DNA of 64,000 nucleotides from a virus. Of the stretch, positions 21,601-30,887 are shown one piece after another. Every line of letters begins with the position of its first letter. Position 1 is the stretch's first letter. The stretch lies in the IMG/VR virus record IMGVR_UViG_3300025840_000013; one strand, 5' to 3'. The position numbers and the translations under genes were made by a program. Below the pieces are notes generated by a model, which was given only the letters and a program-made list of their open reading frames with translations, was not told where the DNA came from and did not search any database.

Positions 21601-24356
21601 CACAATTTGGATCTACAGTTACGGAACCACCTGTCGTAATACCTGGCCAGGGAACTATACCCACAAAGAGTCAACTGATTAGTGTTACTGGTGGGGTTGC
21701 GACAAATAGAACTTACGCACTATCTACTTTACCAATAAACTCTTTGAAATACACAAGAGATAATTTACAAAGTACTCCATTGTCGTATTATGCAGACCTT
21801 CCATCAAGTGGTGCAAATATTGTAAGTGCATTGGTTGAAAAATTCCCAATTAATACTTACTGGTTCGAATCATCAGGATTAGGAGAATTGCATTTCTTTA
21901 ATAATGATGGTGGAGACGGCGGTTCTTCGTGGCATGGTTCTGGTACAAGAGTTGCACCTGAGTTTCCAACAAATGGAAGTCCATCAGAACCAAATCCAGT
22001 ATATGGATCTGGTGGTGCAGCTGGCCAACATGGTATGAGATATTATAGTAGTACATCGAAAAGTGCTACTATTGGTGGACAGGCAGCTGCAAGTGGATTC
22101 TTTGGTGACTTTATGGTATCGCCCGGCGATATTGTTGATATTAAAGTCGGTAGAGGTGGACAATCAAATCAGACCTCATACTTAGATTTGGTGCCTGGCA
22201 GTCAAACTCAAGAAAGTACATATGAATCTAACTCAGGAGATGGTGGAGATGGTGTAGTTGTCGTATTTGGTTCTAAAGGAAACGATTATACAAAAATATC
22301 AAAGCCTGGCATTGCATTGATTGACGATAGAGGACAAGTTGTTATGTACTCTGTTGCGAATGTATTTTGTGAAGGAAATCAAGAGTTAACTGGTTCAATT
22401 TCTTCAAAAGAAATACTTTTATTCGGACAAGGAAAACAGTATTACTTGGTGCATACTTTCCAATTGCAGAAAAACGGAACACAAAAATACCGTGTATATT
22501 TATGTCAAAATGGAGAACATTACGCAAAAGTAGAAAGAAGTGGCACTGCGCCTGGCCCATTCTTTAGTCCCAGTCCACCAGCTGGATATCTTCCATCCGT
22601 ACAAATAACTACAGATCCAGTACAGGCGCCAGATGAATATGTTGTCACTGGTGCAAAGAGAAGTGACATTGATAATGATATTCAAAGTCCAGACCCATGG
22701 CCGATTAGAAAATGTACGGTTACATTTGAAACTACTCGACAAGCTAGTTATGAAAACACAATGACATTTACTAATATTGGTAGTGGTGGTATTGGCCCGT
22801 CATCAATCGTATTTGGCCCTAATGCTAGTACACAGACATTTACATTGAGTGAAGATGATGTCTATGTTTTACGTTCCTCTGGATTGCAAAGTAACAGAGC
22901 ATCATCAATGACAACAAGAATCATCGATGATGGAAGGTCACACCAAAACACAACTGGTGGTTCAACTTCTGACGGACGGCCGACAGGTGTTCTTAGAAAT
23001 AAACAATTTCCAGATTATTTACATTCTGGTAACTGTGATGAAACCCCTACAGGTGGTACATCTGTTTTTGCCGTGCTAAAACAGGAAGGTCAACCCACTA
23101 TGTATTATATTAAATGGGGAACAGATGTGATTAAAGGTGATGGTGTTAGTTTTGGAACTGTTGCCAAAGCTGATAATACTCTTTCTTCATATGGATTTGT
23201 TCCCGCTGTCGAAAATAACCCCTACAGTAACTATTCATGGGATATAAATTGGGAAGGATCGTGGTCTTTTGACAACGACAGTTCAAATACAGAAAGTATA
23301 GATTATAATGGATGGCGCTATCATAGGGATCCAAGCAATCTCATTGCCGCTTGTACTAAGACTGCTGGGGGTAATACAATAACATATCAAATATGGGGAA
23401 TATTCAGAAAAGAACTGCCGGGCGGAGAATCGACAACTGAAAACAACAATAACAGTTGGACTACACTTGAAATGGATGACGGTGTTGATAATGACTTCAC
23501 TGACTTAAGAGTTACACCTTCGCCAATGGGTAACTTTTATGTAGAGGGTGGATTAACTCACTTTAATTGTTTCTTCTTGGGTGATGGAACTGGAACTGGA
23601 ACAACTTGGACACGCCCACCGCCTGCAGACACGGGCGGTAACAATGATAATAGTGGCGGCCCTTCTGGACCAAGCACTGCACCTGTAACAGTAGTTACAG
23701 ATGGGGATGGGGATCCAGTTGTTGATAGCAATGGGGATCCAGTAACTTCTGGTGGCGGTGGTAATGATGATAATCATAATGAACCAACATTTATGTCTCA
23801 CTATGAACCATCAACTGGAACTGTAACATATTTTGATAGTCCTATGACACATAATGAAATTCAATCCCTAAGGGCGGATCAACCAGATGGTGTATTCTCT
23901 ACTGGAACTGGAGCGCCTGGGGCAATGATTGGCCCAACTAGAGATGACAACATTAGTGATTCTGGTGGTAGTGGTACTTCTGGACAGTCTGATAAGATTG
24001 TTTGTACGGAGATGTATAGACAGACACAACTAGATGATTGGAAAACTGCAATGAAGATTTGGGGATTGCACACAAAGACTCATTTGACTCAGTATCACCA
24101 AAGAGGGTATCATTTCTTATTCATGCCTTGGGTTAAAGGAATGAGAAAGAGTGATACCTTAACTAAGTCTGGTGGATGGTTGGCACAAAGAAGAACGCAA
24201 CACTTAAAGTATATTTTAAGTAGAGATGGTTATGCAGGACACTTAGGTATTGGTAAAAAAGAGAAAGACGATATTGTGGGAAGAATTTGGTGTACTGTGT
24301 GGCATCCAATTACTTTTGTAACTGGAAAAATTCTTTCAATATTTAGAGATAAATAG
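18672..24356 (+). CDS. mosaic fibre-tip adhesin-like protein, 1894 aa
   Basis: N-terminal IVAEF...PHSLSEYYRGG..VP....IP....I.YSDFRG module, seen on genes that follow phage fibre genes. Split glycine-rich domain, internal repeats, C-terminal KIVCTEMY...GYH..F.PWV domain. Confidence 0.65.
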   Translation: MAIPADGRLKMTHIVAEFKPVNNSAPHSLSEYYRGGGNVPDRFNNRNIPVGPRGRTIKYSDFRGTSDATLPYNILIPTICVEDAWKYMRLRDGTFMTRWDQINDNNTVYFTRNEELGSVRIDTPQDWEYVKLTIPAMSFKMGTEEGFEQVGYEQHWSNKVDNQQVFEAGDWKIRIPKGYRRLRILATGAGGSGSSQYIPGQPTVEDYVREGLVGTEDQGFAGEDTTITMPNNQKIKIFGGIGGKLSNATGESTTIRGETTDTLQTETGTVTLASGFSETDYAEGKYNGSYILETNDSNYQFYWQNQLLATSNDISEDVRDSSGWLYTSTSEVIDEDPQGTLKWYKVSRVKSLEVSAEVTDRIYNSMLERNANATEKSRHVNSDTVVDVIRYIQGRTGFVDVIAANPDFGPNTFSTTDGFKYLLAQASSLSTSTTTNIPNYSGTDTGTINTSGNLYQHKVYAENGTTANNNQTTTTTISNVADNLLLTFEHLGDTTFAYNANFLFPIRNVRGTISNGFPALGEYVFTDIDGQNYYRGEIIGVSDGFIDTTRVGFDEDFTEGQSGFAEITYSAWTASTQTTEVTSTTANTPIAANSAATNSEFVVSSSGNFYYEYNAYLQNTTQSVRPELEIYVNGVRQVNYTGSSAPTLTGNQGEIRLASGRLNITNPDSTVKVVTDLKTVTTSAILPEIDGGGFSTIARSGTHDLPLGATGQPAGKGIFIWGHNFFASQKLYTDVNGNVSVVHQSSSDPEYWFFMTTEEDAGQFYTPASYGTERIFVGVHNAGKSVYVWGKNYFRSYTFSVDNDGYFSFIHPSSSDREQWYYAIGKRGANFTTPAESGTYTLELDATYAGMEVIVWSKNFWGINGRLTPTSTSPAPRHLVFDSEGKVELSHWSSSDDEQWYWCVTDGGTTSQPAGVGGVSMNSFTLETSLDTDTIDKIYQKYVGRNSNVIDRDLFRQQNYTVFQGINYVVGTAEYAAQFGSTVTEPPVVIPGQGTIPTKSQLISVTGGVATNRTYALSTLPINSLKYTRDNLQSTPLSYYADLPSSGANIVSALVEKFPINTYWFESSGLGELHFFNNDGGDGGSSWHGSGTRVAPEFPTNGSPSEPNPVYGSGGAAGQHGMRYYSSTSKSATIGGQAAASGFFGDFMVSPGDIVDIKVGRGGQSNQTSYLDLVPGSQTQESTYESNSGDGGDGVVVVFGSKGNDYTKISKPGIALIDDRGQVVMYSVANVFCEGNQELTGSISSKEILLFGQGKQYYLVHTFQLQKNGTQKYRVYLCQNGEHYAKVERSGTAPGPFFSPSPPAGYLPSVQITTDPVQAPDEYVVTGAKRSDIDNDIQSPDPWPIRKCTVTFETTRQASYENTMTFTNIGSGGIGPSSIVFGPNASTQTFTLSEDDVYVLRSSGLQSNRASSMTTRIIDDGRSHQNTTGGSTSDGRPTGVLRNKQFPDYLHSGNCDETPTGGTSVFAVLKQEGQPTMYYIKWGTDVIKGDGVSFGTVAKADNTLSSYGFVPAVENNPYSNYSWDINWEGSWSFDNDSSNTESIDYNGWRYHRDPSNLIAACTKTAGGNTITYQIWGIFRKELPGGESTTENNNNSWTTLEMDDGVDNDFTDLRVTPSPMGNFYVEGGLTHFNCFFLGDGTGTGTTWTRPPPADTGGNNDNSGGPSGPSTAPVTVVTDGDGDPVVDSNGDPVTSGGGGNDDNHNEPTFMSHYEPSTGTVTYFDSPMTHNEIQSLRADQPDGVFSTGTGAPGAMIGPTRDDNISDSGGSGTSGQSDKIVCTEMYRQTQLDDWKTAMKIWGLHTKTHLTQYHQRGYHFLFMPWVKGMRKSDTLTKSGGWLAQRRTQHLKYILSRDGYAGHLGIGKKEKDDIVGRIWCTVWHPITFVTGKILSIFRDK
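24348..24355 (+). promoter_or_regulatory. probable late promoter variant (GATAAATA)
   Basis: 7/8 match overlapping the upstream stop codon, 30 nt before ATG 24385. Confidence 0.5.
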
Positions 24357-24384
24357 TTGATAAAGTAATGAGAGAAAAAAATTA

Positions 24385-26433
24385 ATGGCACAGAGAAATA
24401 TAGACCCAAACTACTTTCCTAATTTTGGAATATCTCGTCAAAGAAATTCATTTACTTCTGTAATTGGTAATGGTGGCGTAAACAGTAATGATGGTAGTAT
24501 CAGTGGCGGATTTATGGGCGTTCTTGCTGAAGATTTGGCAAGAGAATGGCCATTATTTGCTGGTGAACCAATCGCTGGAAATGAATTAATTGATGAGACT
24601 CAAACTCTAGTTACAACTCAAATAACAAAACAGTTCTTTAGTCAGATATCACTAAACCGCCCAACTTCTGCAAATGGTGGGGGTAGTGGTGTATATGCTG
24701 GGGTTGCAAACTTCAGTGAGGTTGGTGATGGAACCAATCCAGAGCAACATGTTATGATTTTTCAGACCACAAATCAAATTCTGCCTAAGTCTGGTGCAGT
24801 TGCGAGAGGTATTGATCAAAATTATAGAATAAGATTTGAATTCGACCTTAGACCACGTTTGTTTGGTGCCGGTGTTGGTACGAGTGGTGATAAAGAATTT
24901 AATAGTGAATTGTATCAACTAAATCTTAGAATGGCATCGCAGGGAAGGCCAAAATATCAAGAAGGAAATACTGTACTAGAGGCAGAGTATCAGCCACAAT
25001 ATCATCCAGGCTACAGTTATAATGGGATTTTAAATAGTGGTTGGGAAACTACAGTCGGTATTCCAAATCCTATGTATGGATGGTTTAAGGTAAATGTAGG
25101 AACGTCTAATCAAATTAGTACAGATGGTACTATTTCAAGTCCACAACTTACGACTGATGGATTGATTACATTAGAAAATGGTTCAACTGTTGATACTTCT
25201 ATTATAAGAATGCCAGGTGAAATGGTAGACTTGCATTTTGATGATGTAACTATTACTGCAGATGTTGCAAATACAGGGCCATATTTTGTCTTTGGACAAA
25301 ACACAGATACTGGTAACTATGGTATTAATCAAGGATATTATTATCCAGTATACTTAGATAAGGCTGCAGCAGATCAGGCAGATATTGACGCTGGTGGAAC
25401 AGGTTCTTCTACAGTTCATACTTTTACAGAGTATCCACTTGCAACCTTCTACATTCCAGATACAGGTTCTTCATTTAATCAGGCAGGCGCACCTTCTGGA
25501 ACGGATTATAAGAAATATGTTAATAACAGGTCGATTAGATTTAGAAATAAAAGAAAGGGTTATGGTTGGTTTAAAAGATTTCCAAAAATGAATGCAGAAT
25601 TGCAAGGAACCTATCCGTTCTCATATAGGCTTACTATGACAGAAAAGGGTATTGTTCTTTACATGTATGATGATGCTGCTGCAGATCAGGCAGACGATTA
25701 TTCATGGTTCTGTATACAAAGAACATCAAGCAATGAGTCGGGACTTCCAAGAACAGACGAAGCGTCAAAATTCCCTGTTCATTGTATGTATTCTTGTTCT
25801 AGAGAAAGTTTTTATTCTTCTGATGCTGGAATTTACTTTTCCAATCAAGCAGCAAACCTACAGACTGCAGAAGATTTGGTAGACACAGTATTCGATGAAG
25901 CAGGAAATATATACAATTTATCAAATATGGACAATTCAAAAACATTCTATATATTAAGTCCATACGATAGAGAAGACTATCTTGCCGATGAATGGCAGGC
26001 AAAAAATATTTGGAGATTTGTTGTAAGAGAATTTGATGTATTAAAACCAACTGATGTGCATAAATTTGCAACAAAACATCAGACAGATAGTAATGCAGTT
26101 ATTAATCCATTAGAACAATTGGCCATTACAGATGAAAATAGATTTATCATTACCTTTCCAACTGGACTAACAACACAGAGATATATGTATCCTAAAGAAG
26201 AGATGGATATGATTTGTTTTTCATCTGCAGAAGTAGTAGCAGAATCCAGTAATGTACCAATGACAACATACCTATACAATGGTACTAATGTAGACCAAAG
26301 AAGATACCAAGGAATGCGTTCAACTATGGCATTTGGAAATGGAATGAGATTACTAGTCTTAGTAAATGGACAATATATTTTTAATAGTGATATCAATCTT
26401 GACACATATGACCCTGTGGGAACACCTGCATAA
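24385..26433 (+). CDS. virion structural protein, scaffold-family paralogue P1 (682 aa)
   Basis: Shares ordered blocks with P2-P4: S.QRN, YRIRF, KVNV.T..Q, PGE, WF, YP.SYRLT.T..G, DQ.DDY.WF.IQR, PVHC.YS, RFVVRE.DVLKP.D.H, DS.AVINP.EQL.IT, FP....QR..Y, E.D.IC, GNGMR. Confidence 0.8.
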   Translation: MAQRNIDPNYFPNFGISRQRNSFTSVIGNGGVNSNDGSISGGFMGVLAEDLAREWPLFAGEPIAGNELIDETQTLVTTQITKQFFSQISLNRPTSANGGGSGVYAGVANFSEVGDGTNPEQHVMIFQTTNQILPKSGAVARGIDQNYRIRFEFDLRPRLFGAGVGTSGDKEFNSELYQLNLRMASQGRPKYQEGNTVLEAEYQPQYHPGYSYNGILNSGWETTVGIPNPMYGWFKVNVGTSNQISTDGTISSPQLTTDGLITLENGSTVDTSIIRMPGEMVDLHFDDVTITADVANTGPYFVFGQNTDTGNYGINQGYYYPVYLDKAAADQADIDAGGTGSSTVHTFTEYPLATFYIPDTGSSFNQAGAPSGTDYKKYVNNRSIRFRNKRKGYGWFKRFPKMNAELQGTYPFSYRLTMTEKGIVLYMYDDAAADQADDYSWFCIQRTSSNESGLPRTDEASKFPVHCMYSCSRESFYSSDAGIYFSNQAANLQTAEDLVDTVFDEAGNIYNLSNMDNSKTFYILSPYDREDYLADEWQAKNIWRFVVREFDVLKPTDVHKFATKHQTDSNAVINPLEQLAITDENRFIITFPTGLTTQRYMYPKEEMDMICFSSAEVVAESSNVPMTTYLYNGTNVDQRRYQGMRSTMAFGNGMRLLVLVNGQYIFNSDINLDTYDPVGTPA

Positions 26434-26475
26434 TGAATATAGTTTGAGAATTTAGTAAAACAACAAAAAAATTTT

Positions 26476-26483
26476 TATAAATA
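26476..26483 (+). promoter_or_regulatory. T4-type late promoter
   Basis: Exact TATAAATA upstream of an AGGAG RBS and ATG 26510. Confidence 0.85.
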
Positions 26484-26509
26484 TAAAGAAAAATACAAAG
26501 GAGATATGA

Positions 26510-29500
26510 ATGTCTATTGCCAGTGGATATAGCATACAAAGAAATGACATTATCGATGTCCCTCACCGCAGTCAAGTTGAAACACACAATGCACTGAGTG
26601 GGTCTAATATTTATTTTTTAAGATCAAGACCTGATGTTTCTGATAAGGATTGGGAATGGGATATTAGAATTGGAGAAACACGTTTTTACCTTAACAGAGG
26701 TTTAGGTAATAACTCTATGGTGTCTGGGGTAACTGCAACTGATGCAGAATTATATAAAGATAGAGTTTATGTAGAGGGTAGTACTTCTGCAGGACAAGGT
26801 TCGATTAGATACGATTCGGCGTTGGGAGAGTTTGGTGGAATTGTTTTTGCAGAAGAGGTTAGACCTATTTCTGGTGAAATAATTGAAATCAAGTATATCG
26901 AACATGTTACACATTTCACAGGAAGTGATGGTGGACTTTTATTCCAACTGGCACACGATTTAACAGTTCATCCATTTGAATTCCCAGAAATCTTTAATTT
27001 AAATTTAAGTAGAGATGTAACTTTTGATACTGATGCAGATGGTACTCCTGGCAATGAAATTACCAGCGATTTTACCACAAGTGAAATCCTTAATGAAATT
27101 GACACAGGAACTGGAAATCTTACTGCGTATCAACAGGTATTACCAGTTCAGTATAACAGAGATTATTCCGAAGATGGTACGCCAGCAGATCAATTAGTTG
27201 CTGGTAAACTTTGGAAAGTTGTGAGAGAACATAAAGTAGTTACAGAATTAAACTTAGGTTCGGGTGGTGCAACACCGTTTGCAAGTATTGACCCTTCTGA
27301 TTCAAATACATGGCCAAGTATCATCGGAGATTTCCCACTTACAATTTCTGATCTTGGTTCTGGTGAATTTAGAGTTTCTTTGAATGGAAGAGTTTTACCG
27401 TCTGAAGATTGGATTGCGACTTCTAATAATGTTTCAAGGTCAACTCTATTTAAATTTAAAAGAACAGAGGTAATGCCTTGGGTCTCAGACCTAAGTCAAT
27501 GCGTGTTTACTATATCTTACCATTGGGGTAAGACAATTGATGTTCCGTATGGTGCATTAGTGGGGCCTGGCGGACTGGGCCCCCAGCAAGAGACACTTTC
27601 TGGTGGTGCAAATGATTATTCATGGCCAAAAAACAATGCAGTTGATACTGATTACTGGGCGTACTCAAAGGCAACAACATCAGATGGACAACCAACAGGT
27701 ACTGCAGTAAATGGTTTCGTTGCATTTTTCTACGACCAAACAACTGATACTCCAAATATTGCAGCTGCGATTACTGCATCTGGACAGAAAGACGAGTTGG
27801 CAACCACAGAGGAAGGCACATCTTGGATGCTTACATTCCAAGAAAATGATAACTTCCAAAGACCATTCGATTTGATTTATCCTACTCCAGTTAGTAACGA
27901 TAAAGAAGATGTTAAAGATGCATTGAGAAGAATTACAAATGGATTCTTAGTTGAGTCCAACAAAGGTGTCGATTTATTATCAGACACTAACTTGAGTTTT
28001 GCATCAAGTCTTTCTCCTTCTGCCGTAAGAAAACCACAGAAGTGGAGAATGAGATTTGAGTGGAACGATGATGAAAGATATTTAAAAGTAAATGTTGCAA
28101 CTTCTTATCAGCTGAAAGATGATTTTACTATTTCACAACCACAAGGCCGTGACGGGATTAAGAATCCTGTTTACAGAGAGCCCGGCGAGTTGTGTGATGT
28201 GTATAGTTCACCAATGATTGGTAGAGGTGCAATCTTACAAATGAGTAAAGCCAAATCACAGTGGTTTAGAAAAACTCAAATAGAAGATTCGCTTTCAACC
28301 TCATATCCAATGTCTTATAGACTTACAGTTACAAATCATGGTTTGGGACTTTTCTTATTTGACCATGCATCAGTGGATCAAGACGATGATTACGCATGGT
28401 TAGTAGTACAAAGACATGTTGACCAAACAACTGGACAACCAGAGTTTGCTGAAAAGTCTCCAGTACACTGTGTATATTCGCCATGCAAACGTCCTGTAGA
28501 TGTTGCAAGTCTAACTCCATATTTTGCATCTCAAGATTTGGATGATTTAAGTAAACCTGGCCCAATCCAAAACTCACTTGGACAAGTTTTCAGATCAGAA
28601 GCGCCGACTATCTTTGTTAACAGAGATCTTGCGTTATTTAATGGAATTGTTAATGCAATCGACTTTAATCCAATTGGATATGCAACAGGCGGAACCACCA
28701 CAAACACATTAGGACAATTATACTATAACGATATTAGAAGTGACCTTACGAGAGGATTTACTGGAACAGGATATGCAGAAAATCAGAATCTTTGGTCATT
28801 AACTGCTCATAGGTTGCAAATTGATAGAGACATAACAGTTTCTACTGCATTTGCTTCTAGTGGAGTTAGAAATGTAGAAGTCTTGACGCCAGGGAAGTTT
28901 ATCGCACAAGAAATTACAGATGCAGAAGGAAATATTACACGAAAAGGTGGTAGAATCGTTGCGTTTAATAAAGAAACTGGTAGATTAATTATCGCTGGAC
29001 ATGTTGGACTAACCTTCGCACGCCCACCAGCTGCCGAAGGCGCTGACCCTGATGCACCACCATCACCATTGGTACTAAAAGAAGGAACTTCTGGATCGGG
29101 TGATGTATCGATTGATTTCACTGCTGAAACTACTGGTGACTTCGTTGCAATTCCACTAGATGGGCCTACAGGAAATACATTCCAAGAAGAATTTCAACAT
29201 GCTGTTTTTGACCTTCAAATTCAAGGTTTTAACTCTCTTCCAAGAAGGAAGGATGTTGCATTTACAACTGGTGCATCACCATCGCCATCGGCGGTTGAAC
29301 AGATTAAAACATTTACAGTAACTCCTGCAGTTCCGCCTGCGACAGATCCAACAACAACAACTACAATTGATGGACTGGAACATTATGATCGTTCTGGAGA
29401 GATCCTCACTTCTTCGACTGCAGTACCGGCGCAATATGTCATGGGTTCTAATGCAGGAGTGAGTTTGTCGGAAAATGTTGCATTCCCACAAAACCTTTTA

Positions 29501-30793
29501 GAAAGAATGTCAACATTTAAGTACGCATCACGTTCTGGTGATGGAGTACCCACATCTGATACTTCTGTTGGACTTGTTGATTATAAATCTGCAGATTCTG
29601 CATTACTAGATATTCTATACAGTGCTCCAGTTGCAAACATGGACAAAATTTTTGAGTCTATGGTTATTGCATTGGACGATGTAGAAATTATTAGAGATAA
29701 GAGTGCATATATTTTATCTTATGACGAATGGGTTAGTCATGGTGATCCTAATACAGTACAGAGATTTGTGGAGTCTTTAGACGCCGCTGGGGTTACAACA
29801 ATTGGTTCAGATTTTAGAGTTCCTTCTATAGATGGAACTACTATTAGATGGGACAATGTTGATGTCGCAACCAAAACATTGACAGTTGGTGACACAAACC
29901 CATCTACTGGAAGAAATTTCTTTTACGCACACGCCGGCGCAAGTTCTGCGAACCAACCAACTTATGCATTAGTGGCAGCCAATCATGCGGTTCAGTCATC
30001 TGTAAGAGAAAATCTTTTGAACAAAATGCCTGGAGACCCAGTGTGGACTGACCAAAGTTCTTTGAAAAATGAATACATGTATGATTTCTTCAATCAGACG
30101 CTCTATTTTAAGGTTTCTCCAAGAGCGGGCGCAGAATTGACAATATCTATTATTAACTATGTTACTTCAAATCCTGCTCAGGGTGCATATATTATTACTG
30201 TTCCAGAGGATAGAGATTTCCCAGAAAGAAATATGAATGAAGTGAAAACAATCAATAGATTTGTTGTTAGAGAACAAGATGTATTAAAACCATGGGATTT
30301 CCATGTTTCTGCAACAATGCACGAAATCGATTCTCATGCTGTTATCAATCCGATGGAACAACTTTCTATTACACAAGATAGAAATTTTGTTTTCTCGTTC
30401 CCAACTCAGATAACAACTCAAAGATTCTATTATCCACAAAGTGAACTTGATATTATTTGTATTTCTTCTGCAGATTTCTCGACACAATCGGGTCATGTAG
30501 AAATAAACAAATATGATGATTCGGATGGAGTAAATGAAGAGTTTAGAGGTGGTTCTTTTGTTCCTGCCTCAATTTCTTCAACTTCTCCTGCTGAAGTTAC
30601 AAGATATGCAGGACATGAAGGCCCTGATGGGGTTAAGTATATTTGGAGAAAAAATGCCAGAAAGTATGAAGGTATGTCTGCAACATTACCAAATGGAAAT
30701 GGTATGAGAGTGTTTATGCAAGTTACTGGTTCTAGTATTAGATACAGTGATGTAACGCCTGGTACTGCGCCTGGGTCGACACTAGGAAGTTAA
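26510..30793 (+). CDS. virion structural protein, scaffold-family paralogue P2 (1427 aa)
   Basis: GYSIQRN, GLLFQLAHDL.VHP, RKPQKWRMRF, GRDG, REPGEL, YPMSYRLTVTNHG, DQDDDYAWLVVQRH, PVHCVYSP, RFVVREQDVLKPWD, GNGMRVF. Confidence 0.8.
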   Translation: MSIASGYSIQRNDIIDVPHRSQVETHNALSGSNIYFLRSRPDVSDKDWEWDIRIGETRFYLNRGLGNNSMVSGVTATDAELYKDRVYVEGSTSAGQGSIRYDSALGEFGGIVFAEEVRPISGEIIEIKYIEHVTHFTGSDGGLLFQLAHDLTVHPFEFPEIFNLNLSRDVTFDTDADGTPGNEITSDFTTSEILNEIDTGTGNLTAYQQVLPVQYNRDYSEDGTPADQLVAGKLWKVVREHKVVTELNLGSGGATPFASIDPSDSNTWPSIIGDFPLTISDLGSGEFRVSLNGRVLPSEDWIATSNNVSRSTLFKFKRTEVMPWVSDLSQCVFTISYHWGKTIDVPYGALVGPGGLGPQQETLSGGANDYSWPKNNAVDTDYWAYSKATTSDGQPTGTAVNGFVAFFYDQTTDTPNIAAAITASGQKDELATTEEGTSWMLTFQENDNFQRPFDLIYPTPVSNDKEDVKDALRRITNGFLVESNKGVDLLSDTNLSFASSLSPSAVRKPQKWRMRFEWNDDERYLKVNVATSYQLKDDFTISQPQGRDGIKNPVYREPGELCDVYSSPMIGRGAILQMSKAKSQWFRKTQIEDSLSTSYPMSYRLTVTNHGLGLFLFDHASVDQDDDYAWLVVQRHVDQTTGQPEFAEKSPVHCVYSPCKRPVDVASLTPYFASQDLDDLSKPGPIQNSLGQVFRSEAPTIFVNRDLALFNGIVNAIDFNPIGYATGGTTTNTLGQLYYNDIRSDLTRGFTGTGYAENQNLWSLTAHRLQIDRDITVSTAFASSGVRNVEVLTPGKFIAQEITDAEGNITRKGGRIVAFNKETGRLIIAGHVGLTFARPPAAEGADPDAPPSPLVLKEGTSGSGDVSIDFTAETTGDFVAIPLDGPTGNTFQEEFQHAVFDLQIQGFNSLPRRKDVAFTTGASPSPSAVEQIKTFTVTPAVPPATDPTTTTTIDGLEHYDRSGEILTSSTAVPAQYVMGSNAGVSLSENVAFPQNLLERMSTFKYASRSGDGVPTSDTSVGLVDYKSADSALLDILYSAPVANMDKIFESMVIALDDVEIIRDKSAYILSYDEWVSHGDPNTVQRFVESLDAAGVTTIGSDFRVPSIDGTTIRWDNVDVATKTLTVGDTNPSTGRNFFYAHAGASSANQPTYALVAANHAVQSSVRENLLNKMPGDPVWTDQSSLKNEYMYDFFNQTLYFKVSPRAGAELTISIINYVTSNPAQGAYIITVPEDRDFPERNMNEVKTINRFVVREQDVLKPWDFHVSATMHEIDSHAVINPMEQLSITQDRNFVFSFPTQITTQRFYYPQSELDIICISSADFSTQSGHVEINKYDDSDGVNEEFRGGSFVPASISSTSPAEVTRYAGHEGPDGVKYIWRKNARKYEGMSATLPNGNGMRVFMQVTGSSIRYSDVTPGTAPGSTLGS

Positions 30794-30822
30794 AATAAAA
30801 TAAAATAATTACATAAACTGGG

Positions 30823-30856
30823 TATAAATACTTGAAACACTTTAAAGTTATAAATA
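30823..30856 (+). promoter_or_regulatory. tandem T4-type late promoters
   Basis: Two exact TATAAATA (30823-30830 and 30849-30856) followed by an AAGGAG RBS before ATG 30888. Confidence 0.85.
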
Positions 30857-30887
30857 TAAGAAAAAACATTCAAAGGAGAATTATTAG

